Of a stretch of 64,000 bases of DNA, positions 1 to 10,541 are shown piece after piece. Every line of letters starts with the position of its first letter. The stretch's first letter is position 1. Under the pieces are notes generated by a model. It did not search any database and had not been told where the DNA came from. It saw only the letters and a program-made list of their open reading frames with translations. This DNA comes from Schmidtea nova (taxonomy: Eukaryota): positions 70,370,001 to 70,434,000 of the forward strand of contig CM097882.1 in the NCBI GenBank assembly GCA_044892505.1. Reading direction: 5' to 3'. The position numbers and the translations under genes were made by a program.

Positions 1-84
1 ATAATTCCCTTAAAAGTTAACATCAAAAGTGAGGACACTTTTATTTTTGAGCCAGAAACGGCAATTATACAAAATCAGAATATA

Positions 85-3060
85 ATGCTAACCAATGAAT
101 GCGTAATTCCGAGAAAGGGAATAATACCATTGAGAATAGCAAATTATGAAAAAAGTAATGTTAAAATACACAAAGGTACGAAATTGGGAAAATTATTTAA
201 AGGTGAATTAGAAAAAACGTACGAAGTCAGTGAAATAAGCGTGATGAATAATAACGGCAAGGGAGTAGTCGAACCTAGTAAGATAAATAATATAAAATCA
301 TATGACAAAGTAAAAATTAATAATGAATACTTAACAATAACACAACAAGCACAACTACAAACATTGATAGATAAATATAGTGATGTTTTTGCAAAACACG
401 AATTTGATCTAGGAGATACCGATATAATCAAACATGTAATAGATACAGGTAATGCGAGACCAATAAAACAAAGACCATACAGCGTACCATACAAGTTAAG
501 AGAGGAAATAAAACGACAAATCAAAGAACTAAACGATGCAGGTGTAATAAAACAGAGTTTTTCACAGTGGGCATCACCCATTGTACCCGTTAAAAAGAAA
601 GACGGAGAAATAAGAATGTGCATTGACTATCGGAAATTAAATGATGTAACAGTAAAAGATTCATACCCATTCCCAAAAGCACAAGAGCAATACGATAAAC
701 TTAGGGATGCTAAGTATTTTTCAGTTATTGACGCAAATAAGGGATATATGCAAATTCAAATGGAGGAAGGGGATGCGGAAAAAACAGCATTTGTTATCGA
801 GGATGGTTTATATGAGTACACACGATTACCTTTCGGGTTAACTAACGCACCAGCTACATTTCAGCGCCTAATGAACACAATATTAGTAAATGTACAACAT
901 TGCGCAGTTTACATGGATGATATACTAATATCATCAAAAACATTTGAGGAACACTTAAAAGATATAACAAATGTACTCGAGAGACTAAGAAAAGCAAAAA
1001 TTAAAATTAAACCAACTAAGTGTAAATGGGCAGAACCTTCGGCGTTATTTCTAGGGCATATAGTTACAGTAGAAGGGATAAAACCAAATCCAGAAAAAAT
1101 AGAAGTTGTAAAGAAATTCCCAATACCAAAAACAGTACAACAAGTACAAGGGTTTTTAGGTCTAACAGGGTACTATCGTAAATTCATACAAGATTATGCA
1201 AAGATAGCATCACCGATAATAGAACTAACAAAGGGAATTAGAACAAAAGGATAGTGCAAAAATGTGCTAATAGTACAAGAAATTAACAGCAAAGTTAACA
1301 AGATACAAAAGAAGTGGACAAAGGAACACCAAGAAGCATTCAATAAACTAAAAGAAAGATTGATAACAGCACCCGTGTTAAGATACCCAGATTTCGAAAA
1401 ACAGTTTATAGTAATGACGGATGCCAGCGGGAAAGCCGTAGGAGCAGTCTTAGGCCAAGAAGAAGAAAAAGGGAAAGATTACGTAATAGCATATGCCAGT
1501 AAAACATTAAAAGGAGCACAGCTGAGGTATTCAACAATAGAAAAAGAATGTTACGCAATAGTATTCGCCCTAAAACAATTCAAACCATACATATATGGGA
1601 CTGAAGTGATAATAAGAACTGACCATAAACCATTAGAAGGTTTATGGAAACATAAAGATACATCAAGTAGATTACTTAAATGGGCAATGAAAATACAAGA
1701 TATGCACCTAAAAATCATATATAAACCAGGTAGAATAAATAAAAACGCAGATGCATTATCAAGAATACCAGAATTAGGAGCACTTGAAATATTTGCACTA
1801 GTAGCAGAAAAACCAATCGATATATATGAGGAACAGATGAAAGACCCAGAGATCAGTAAAATAAAAAATGAAATCAGAAAAGAAAACAATTCAAAGTATA
1901 AAATATCAAAGAAATTAGTAGTAATAGAAGATTTCAATGGTAAGCAACTAATAGTAGTACCTCAGAAATTAAGACAAATACTCCTACTACAATATCACGA
2001 TGGAGCATTAGGAGGTCACTTATCATCTAGAAAGACAGCAAGTAGATTATTACAAAAATATTACTGGGAAGAATTAAAGAAAGATGTTAAGAGATGGTGT
2101 AACGCGTGTACAATATGTGCAACAAGAAAAAATACAGGTAAAAAAACAAAAGCGCCGTTACATCCCATTCCAGCAACGACATCACCAATGGAACTATGTG
2201 CAATGGATTTTCTATGTAAATTACCTACTACAATTAATGGGAATAAACATATACTAGTATTTAGTGATTATTTTACTAGATGGGCAGAAGCATTTCCAAC
2301 AAAAGACGAAACAGCAGAAACAGTTGCTAAATTGCTTATAGAAAAAATTATTTTCAAGATAGGCACACCCAAAAGATTATTAACAGATAAAGGAACAAAT
2401 TTTACTAGTGAATTAATAAAACGAGTAGCTAATATTTTTAACATGCAAAAGATCAACACAACAGCGTATCACCCTCAAACGGATGGACTAGTAGAAAGAT
2501 TTAATGGGACATTACTAAGCAGACTAGCTGTTTTTGTAGGAAAAAATCAAAATGATTGGGACGAATACATAAGTCAATGCACATACATTCATAATATCAC
2601 TCCAAACGAAACAACAGGGTATTCACCGTATTATTTAATGTTTTTAAGAGAACCAGCAACACCAATAGATACAATATTTGAACCTCGAGTATCACAATAT
2701 TTAGATGCACCAGATTATGTCACATTAATGCAGGAAAAACTGCAAGAAGTGTATAAAGTAGCCAATCTAAAAGTCAAATATAGACAAGAACAGTACAAAG
2801 CCGACTACGACAAAAATAGTAAACCACACAACTTTAAAGTAGGTGATAAGGTTAGACTTATGTCACCACAAGTAGGAAAGGGAAAGACAACAAAACTAGC
2901 AAGACCATATAAAGGTCCATATGAGGTAGTAAAAGTAATAAATGAGAATTTACACCTACAAAAGCATAAAAACGAGGATCCAATAGTAGTACATGTCAAC
3001 AGATGCAAGTTGGCGGAAGCCGAGGTCACGATAGATAAACCTCACAAGTATAATCTAAGA
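85..3060 (+). mobile_element. pol: Ty3/Gypsy LTR retrotransposon pol (RT, RNase H, integrase), 5'-truncated by the window, one in-frame TAG at 1252-1254
   Basis: RT motifs WASPIVPVKKKDGEIRMCIDYRKLN, LPFGLTNAPATFQ, YMDD. RNase H TDASGKAVGAVL, EKECYAIVFAL, TDHKPL. Integrase HHCC (HDGALGGH...CNAC), core MDF/TDKG/VERFN, GPY motif, terminal YNLRS. ORFs 85-1254 and 1264-3855 are in the same frame. Confidence 0.97.
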
Positions 3061-3855
3061 TCTCATAACAAACTAATAATATCGGCTATCTTCTTAACAA
3101 TCATAACAATTGTTGGCTCAACCGAAACAATAGAATTTGACAAAGTATTAATAAAAATATCAACAAACGAAGTTAGAGCATTTATCATAAATAGAGGAGT
3201 AATTGATTTATACATGCAAACAACGAATGGGAAAAACCCAAAGATGATAAAAGGAAAAGACGACAGAATAACCAACGAAATCGAAAGAGGAAACTATATT
3301 AATTTCACAAAACTAGCACCTAATACAATATACAAAATCTGCATACAGAGAAATACAGATAAAACAACATGGAGATGCAAAAAAATAAAAACAGAACAAT
3401 TACCCAAGAATATAACAAAAAACCATAACATAACAAAAACACTCGATAGAATAAAAAGCACAACAACAACATCAGATAATATACTAAATACCACACCACA
3501 TACAAACGAAATACCAACAAGCACTGGAATAGACAAATTCCAAAAACAATACAATGCCAAAAAACAAAAACAAGAACCTATCAAAATAAGGCAAGGAAGA
3601 CCAATAGTGATACATAACTTAGAGGAACTACAAGCATTTCGTAAAGAGGATAAAAAGCCACATTGGCCTTATTATGTCATCACAACATCAATAATAGCAT
3701 TAGCAGTTTTAGCTTTAATAACTAGCGTACAAATTTATAAAAAGTACAAGTGGAAAAGGCAGCGGTATCGGAGCCGACTGGTCAGAAATGTACCAGGGCA
3801 TTTCCACTTGGGCAAATATATACCAGGTGAATATACAAAATCCACATTGGTATAA
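3061..3855 (+). CDS. Env-position membrane-protein module fused in frame to Pol (internal signal peptide, FN3-like domain, Thr-rich stalk, TM helix, basic tail)
   Basis: After YNLRS: hydrophobic LIISAIFLTIITIVGS; NFTKLAPNTIYKICIQ resembling the FN3 L-x-P-x-T-x-Y motif; sequons NFT, NIT x2, NTT; TM YYVITTSIIALAVLALITSVQIY followed by KKYKWKRQRYRSR. Confidence 0.7.
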   Translation, partial: SHNKLIISAIFLTIITIVGSTETIEFDKVLIKISTNEVRAFIINRGVIDLYMQTTNGKNPKMIKGKDDRITNEIERGNYINFTKLAPNTIYKICIQRNTDKTTWRCKKIKTEQLPKNITKNHNITKTLDRIKSTTTTSDNILNTTPHTNEIPTSTGIDKFQKQYNAKKQKQEPIKIRQGRPIVIHNLEELQAFRKEDKKPHWPYYVITTSIIALAVLALITSVQIYKKYKWKRQRYRSRLVRNVPGHFHLGKYIPGEYTKSTLV

Positions 3856-4010
3856 TACGTTTTGGTCAATAATAATAATTAAAATCATATATATTCGTAT
3901 TTATATAGCGTATAAGGTTAAACCGACAATACGCCTTAAACAAAAAACTTTATCCTTTATTTTTAGAAAAGATTGCACGAGCAGAACAAAGCAAGTTCTA
4001 ACAAACTCCG

Positions 4011-4278
4011 AAAACCCAATCAATCTCGTGAATTCTACACATCAATCAAATCATTGCGACAACCATTCAAAAATCTCAATCAATACAATCATCTCTTTTT
4101 TAAACTATCACAACAAACAATCAAAAAACCCTACCAATCATCTCCATACAAAATACCCAATCAATCTCGTCAATTCTATAAACCAATCGAATCGTTACGA
4201 CAATTACCCATATATCTCAATATATTCAATTATATCTCTGTTAAACTGTCAAAACCCTATTAATCATCTCTCAAATCA
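4011..4278 (+). repeat. Imperfect ~138-bp tandem duplication, G-poor and CAATC-rich, between pol and ORF3
   Basis: acccaatcaatctcgtgaattcta...aaaaccctaccaatcatctc recurs as acccaatcaatctcgtcaattcta...aaaaccctattaatcatctc. Confidence 0.8.
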
Positions 4279-4318
4279 ATATCTCAAGAAATCAATTCAA
4301 TATCAATCAAAAACAAGG

Positions 4319-6382
4319 ATGAATCAAAATCAACCTCATTTCAATCAACCAAGAACCTACCAGAAATATACTTGTTTTATAAACAAACTCAACATGAGTT
4401 TTTACAAAAATCTACAGAACAAGATATGTACGGATGGAACCCCAATTACAATTCGCAGTTTCCCAAATCAAATATGCATCCCAAATGACATGAAAGTCGA
4501 AATAGAAGAACGGGAAATGCATCTGATAAAGTTCAATGAGGCCCGAAGAGTGAAACTCAGAGAGCTTATTGGAACCTTCGACAAATACCAAAACGTCGAC
4601 AAAGAAGTTGCAGAAAACAAGAGAATCCCTCACAGACTAATATTCCACATGACAAAAACAGAAGTTGCAATATGTCAAAATAAAATCCCGTTAATTGTCA
4701 CAAGCAACTGTTCAGCAGTTATCAAGTTAATAAGAAAAGACAGAAGCATGTCAAACGATTTCAATGAGCTGACAGTGCAGATGAACAACCTACCATGTGT
4801 GATAGCAATCGAAGTGCTATATATCCCGACAATCCCAAATCCGTTCATAAAATTAAACCCAATAAATTCAATCCTACAAATAAATGAAGATATGATCAAT
4901 CAGAAGATATCATTCACGAATCAAGAGTTAACGACAGAAGAAAGGCATTCATTAACTGTAATGGTGGATATAAAAGTAGTTCAAGATATAAACAAAAATC
5001 TCAGACCAGTGGAAATTTGTATCAGAAGCAGAAAAGGAGCAATTCTGTATAACAAATTCATCACTCCAAGAACGAAAGTAGAAAAATTCTACACAGAAAA
5101 AACTAAAGCTACAAAAGAAAACATAATTGGAAATGAAGACGAATATAAAGCCTTAAACGAAATTCGAAACATTCTCTATGGAAAGATCATAGTTGGATTC
5201 AACATCATAGATAAGTTAAAACTATTGACGATAGATCTGGACAACATTATGGGCGTAAGGGAAATGGCACAGGATAGATTCATGTGTTCTTTTGTAAAAA
5301 ACGTGGCCCCACCAAAAATAAAAATATCAAATTTGGCTTACCAGGTGATCAATTACCATAAAAGTTGGCATAAAGATAAAAAGATAAATGATATATTGAG
5401 ACAACCAGAACCATTCTCAACAAAGATCACCACAATGTTATTAAAAATTATCTACGATATCACAGAAAATAAATGGGAAGAAGTTGTCAAATGGGATTCC
5501 GCAACACTTCTTAAAAAGAAACAAGTAAATGGAGAAGAACAACTAGAAACAATATTCGAAAACGAAACAGAGAGCGAAGCAGAAGGTGAGATAGAAAGTG
5601 AATATGAAGATAGAGAAGGCATGAAGCCGTCCCATGGGGTATCAACAAAAACCAATCATTACAAACCAAAAAAGTCATTCATGGAAGAGCTCATGGACAG
5701 TGACGATGATGAACTCATGATCATAAAAGAAGAAATACCACTTATCGCCCCAACTAGAGAAATCAAAGCAGAACCAAAAATTCAAAATATTCTATATGAA
5801 AGAATGGACGAATGTGATATAGATGATGAATATTTCTCAGCAGATGAAAACATAGAAGAACCTTCAACCAGCAGTAACGACATCAAAATGGAAGAAGATA
5901 GTGAAGAACCATCAACAAGTAATAAATACAACATAATGGAAGAGGATATCGGACCAGAACCAAACGTTGAAATGTTAGCCGACTGGACAGAACCAGAAGA
6001 ATCAGACTTCATAATAGACAAAGATAAAAAGTATGTCTCAGAAAAAGATCTCTGCACTCATTTTGGAAGACAAATTGAGCACGAGGAGACGATAAACCTC
6101 GCGATAAAAAATGGATTTCGAAAAACAACAATTCAAATAAAAGAGAAAAGAATTGATTTAATAATGTGTGACAAGGGTAATGAGGACATTACTTTGACGG
6201 CCCGGGGAGGAATGTTGGATGATGAAGGTAAGCCCATCAATACATTCCTCTTATCCGAAAACTATAGTGTGGGAGGTGGCAGGTACAGAGTAAATATTTA
6301 TGCAGAGCCCGTTCAAGAAGAAGCAAATATCAATCAATCTCAATACTGTAGATCAAGACAACAAGATCCATTGGGCATTTAA
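4319..6382 (+). CDS. Retrotransposon accessory ORF3 with a degenerate DEDDh (REX4/ISG20-like) exonuclease fold and a long acidic region; start at 4319 or 4394
   Basis: Uninterrupted ORF on the same strand and with the same A-rich composition as pol. VMVDIKVV...ILYNKFITPRTKVEKFYTEKT...NEIRNILYGKIIVGFNIIDKLKLL aligns by eye to REX4-type ExoI/ExoII motifs (about 4952-5470). Acidic segment contains a duplicated EEPSTS. Confidence 0.65.
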   Translation: MNQNQPHFNQPRTYQKYTCFINKLNMSFYKNLQNKICTDGTPITIRSFPNQICIPNDMKVEIEEREMHLIKFNEARRVKLRELIGTFDKYQNVDKEVAENKRIPHRLIFHMTKTEVAICQNKIPLIVTSNCSAVIKLIRKDRSMSNDFNELTVQMNNLPCVIAIEVLYIPTIPNPFIKLNPINSILQINEDMINQKISFTNQELTTEERHSLTVMVDIKVVQDINKNLRPVEICIRSRKGAILYNKFITPRTKVEKFYTEKTKATKENIIGNEDEYKALNEIRNILYGKIIVGFNIIDKLKLLTIDLDNIMGVREMAQDRFMCSFVKNVAPPKIKISNLAYQVINYHKSWHKDKKINDILRQPEPFSTKITTMLLKIIYDITENKWEEVVKWDSATLLKKKQVNGEEQLETIFENETESEAEGEIESEYEDREGMKPSHGVSTKTNHYKPKKSFMEELMDSDDDELMIIKEEIPLIAPTREIKAEPKIQNILYERMDECDIDDEYFSADENIEEPSTSSNDIKMEEDSEEPSTSNKYNIMEEDIGPEPNVEMLADWTEPEESDFIIDKDKKYVSEKDLCTHFGRQIEHEETINLAIKNGFRKTTIQIKEKRIDLIMCDKGNEDITLTARGGMLDDEGKPINTFLLSENYSVGGGRYRVNIYAEPVQEEANINQSQYCRSRQQDPLGI

Positions 6383-6713
6383 TTCTCGACATTATCATCT
6401 TTGGTGAATATTGATTAACAATCTATGACTTTTCAACTGATGTAAATATTTGATATTATTATGACTTTTATAACAATTTATGTTTATTATGAATGTGAAT
6501 ATCTAATACGAGTGTGTTCTTATTAATGTGATTTATTATAAGTTTTTATGAATGTGATTTATTTTATTATAAATGTATAAATGTATATAATTTAGAAAAT
6601 TATTATTAATATTTATTTTAAAAAAATGTACTTCTAAATGAATTTATTCTATTTCAATATTGATGCAAACATTGGGTAATATCGAAATTAATTGCAGGAA
6701 ATTGATATAAATA

Positions 6714-6795
6714 ATTGATGTAAATAATTGGGAGAATTATCAAATTTGAATTGCAGTATTGATGTAAATAATTGGGGGAATTATCAAATTTAAAT
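6714..6795. repeat. 44-bp tandem repeat (about 2 copies) downstream of ORF3
   Basis: attgatgtaaataattggg(a/g)gaattatcaaattt starts at 6714 and at 6758. Confidence 0.85.
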
Positions 6796-9177
6796 CGTGC
6801 AAGGAAAATTTTGATATATAAAGAAGTAAAAATTTTCAAAATTGGCCCACAATTTTTGAAATTAAATTTAGCGAAAAACTTTCTCAAAGGGTAATCCTGA
6901 GAGAACCTAAAATTAAAGAACAGCACAAAAACGTTCTACAAGAAATTGTCATCATTAAAACAACATAACACATTCACTAAAAAACAAGCACACAATAGGA
7001 CACGCAAAAAATATCCTTTAAATAAAACAGTTGAAAGCGTATTTGATAGTTTTTGATTGGAACGTGTAATTTGTAACTTTTGGAGTAATTGAGAACATTT
7101 GATTTGGTAAATTTTATTATTAAATAAATTTTTTCAAAAAAAGACTTTATCTTATTTTTATATACGATAGTCTACACCAGTGCACGTTGAGATCTAAAAA
7201 TCTTAGACCTCAACAACTTCATGATAGTTTCATCGTCGTAGAGAGTTCCCTGGTATTCTCTCTGGGAAACTATTCGTTCGATCTTTGCTAACTCGTCCCG
7301 TGAGACTCGCCCATATATTCGTATCTGTCGCAACCCGTCTACGTTGCTGGTCACCAAACGGACATAGTGAGGAATCCTTGTCTTTTGATATATGTCTGTC
7401 GGTGAACGGGGGCTTCCTTGCCATCCAGTATCGATGTGAAGTTCTTCGATCTTGAGCAAAATTTAAGACCCGTATAAATACTCTCCATGTGTCAAAGCTT
7501 GATTTCGGTAGTGGTTTCCTGTTTGTTGTTCATCAGCTTTGGTGGCTGAGATCATATGATTGGGATCTCGCCAATAATGGCTCAAATCTTTCTCAATAAA
7601 CTTATTTCCATGAATTATTTTATGAGTGAAAATATGTGGTGTTAAGTCGATAGCAATTAGTTAGTCACATTACCGAGTTTTTAGAAGAGTTAGACAGTTG
7701 ACTATTGTATTAAATCAACAGTGTACTAAATTATATTTACTGGGTTGACATTTATATTTGAAATTTCGGAACAATCTTAGTGGTATCCCGAATGCTACAG
7801 TGATGTTTATATATTTGGCTTCGTAAATGTTTACAAAATGAGAGTACAGTTTGAATTTGTATGACTTTATTGACCACGCTTGTCTGCGTTACGCTACGTA
7901 TTGTGACTTCCGTTTATCCCTGTTACTCAACGGTCGCCGGTCCCATTGTATTAATTCGACTCATGTGCATCTCTATGTCGGCTACACTTGTGTGACATTT
8001 TATAAGTCTCTAAATTTTCCATGGCAACCAAATAACTATCATTTACCAGTAGTTACCCATCGCAAGCAACATTGATAATGTAACAATTAGGCAAAATACT
8101 CCAAAAAGTGATCGCTGTTACCAGAACTATAATTGAAAGAGTAATTTCTACAGATTCAAGAGCTATCAATTGAAGATATGTAATCGTTTTGACGTTCAGT
8201 CCCCTTTTCACAATAACGCTTTAACTTCCAATTGTTTATTTGTACTTTAAATGAGAAACTATAAAAATATATATTGATTTGAATGTAATTGTTTCGACTA
8301 TATCAGTTAAAAGGTAATTTATTAGATGCTAATTTAGTATTTTGTTAAATAGTTACCTACAATATTTTCCACTATCAATTCATTAAATTTCATAACATTT
8401 TATTTATAACAATCTATTCATTTTAAATTTAGCCTGAAAATCACAACACGCCTGTAAGTCATTCTTGTCAAGATTTTCGCTTTAAGTACCGAAAATGGAA
8501 CTGGAACCTTTATCCTAACGTCCACACTCTATTTTCAACGTATAATAAGCCTCTTAAGTTAACATCTTTGTTATTTTACTGAAGTTTTTGCATCAGAATT
8601 TATTGATTTTTTAGACTTGAATTCCCCTTCACACGATGAACTACTAAAATTGTGAACTTTCGATATATGATCATCACATTTGTTAAATTAATTTATCGAG
8701 ACAATCCACTCTGGTTAATCGTCCCACACCAAATAGATCAAGACTATGTGGAAGCTTTGCTCTGCTAAACGGGTGAGCTTATTTGATTTATTATAAAGCA
8801 TTTTATTGATTTTGATAGATCTTAGATATGGATATGCTTGGTTAAGTAATCGATTATTGTGTTTTGATGTTTTATTGATTTAATCTTTTGAATTTACATT
8901 TGGGTATTTATTATTTCCATCATTTTAGTATTTAACAAGATTTAATCTATTCAAATTCTAAAAATTATGATAATATTTTTGCTTGACAAATTTTAATATT
9001 GGATAAATAATCGCATTTACTCCAAACTACTCTTCTCGCCTTTGCATTATCATTTCTTTAATTATTTTACTTTCATAGTAATGTACTGCATATCAGTGTT
9101 CGTGATATTTAAAGAAGATTTACTTTAAACAAAAAAATAATTCTTTTAAGGGAATTGTTTTTTTAATATAATAATAT

Positions 9178-9875
9178 TGTGGATGAACCTCCGACCGTTC
9201 TTTTATATCTGTGTAAGTAGGAGGATAGACTTTGAAGTCATGTCAACAGCATGTGGTTGGACAGTTCGGGAAAATTCACTCCAAACTCGTGAACCGCCAC
9301 TGACGTATCTACAATCCAACGAGCTGTAGAAATTCACAACAAGTTAGCGACTCGGAAAGTCAAAAAATTAAACAATAAATAGAAAAAATTATTTTGATGC
9401 ATGCAGTGATTTTGCTCCTTAATCGAGAATACGTTGATCATGAAGAATCTTTACATCACAAATTTATCAATAGACAATGAGTAACCGGGGCTTAAGCCGG
9501 TACTAAATAAAATAATCAGGATGAACAATACATCAAACTGATATACTTTTATGCGCAGAATAATGATATATTCCAAATATTTGACTAGTGATTCGCCTTA
9601 GAATATTTTTTCGTTACCAGAATTTTCAAAATTTTCAAAAGGAATCTTGATTTCTTGTGAAAATTTATCCAATTCTCAAGAGTGTTATTTTTAATGATTT
9701 GTTTTTTTCGTGGTTTCTTCTTGCTCCTGTTCAATTTTAATTTTACTTATGTTTTAATTAAGTTTTCCTATGTATTTCTAATTATTTTTGTTTATTTGGT
9801 GTTTACTCATTGGTCTCTACATGATATGTCAACGCTCGCTTCCAAATTAATTGGATTTAGTTTTTGACCAACATA
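9178..9875 (+). repeat. Unidentified dispersed repeat family X, copy 1 (decayed coding sequence)
   Basis: Alignable by eye to 39165-39720, 47700-48780 and inverted 57870-58310. 30-nt identity attttgatgcatgcagtgattttgctcctt at 9391-9420 and 47914-47943. Confidence 0.8.
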
Positions 9876-10541
9876 TTATTTCTTGACACCACAATACAAC
9901 CATTTTACAATGGGTAATAATTTAGTCTTTATAGTTCACTATGGCGTAACGATGACTCGTGCTTGCTTGGGCGAGGTAAATTAAAAATACTCAATAATAA
10001 ATATAATACCATTTATTCTGACAGCACTCGGTGTAAGTGAAACAGTATTAATAGATGAATTGTTTGTAAATTTTATAATTTGTTTGCTTTAGGCAAAGAC
10101 ATAGGTGACATATGCCTTAAATCACCAATGAACACAAAACACAGAATCTTATTTTTAATATTTTAAAGTAAATATCATTATAAAAGAATAATTTGAACTT
10201 GAAATACTTTACCTTATTAGCATAAATTTTATATTATCCTTTGTGATATTGTAAAACTGGAAGGACTCAGTATTTTAAAAATTATTAATAGTTTCATTTA
10301 TTTTCATATTTTCAAACAATAAATCAAATATTTTTTTCCTTTTCCGAAAGCATTTTAGGAATAGATGATAAAAAGTTTTTGATCTAGTTTCTGAAAATAT
10401 GAAAATAAGTAAAATTGAAAAAATTATTAAAAGTTGAAAAATATAAAAATTTTAATGATAAATATTAATAAATCTTAGAATAACGAAATTCACATATTTT
10501 ATATTATTATTGTCATATTAAAAAATATAAATAATAATCAT

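Noticed and set aside
1252-1254. Programmed stop-codon readthrough between RT and RNase H
   Set aside because: The TAG-TGC context matches no readthrough signal I know, and RT-RNase H is normally continuous. A nonsense mutation or base error is simpler; sibling copies would decide.
6383-7170. 3' LTR/PPT of the first Gypsy element
   Set aside because: No convincing PPT-TG junction, and no 5' LTR in the window for comparison; only a 44-bp tandem repeat is supported.
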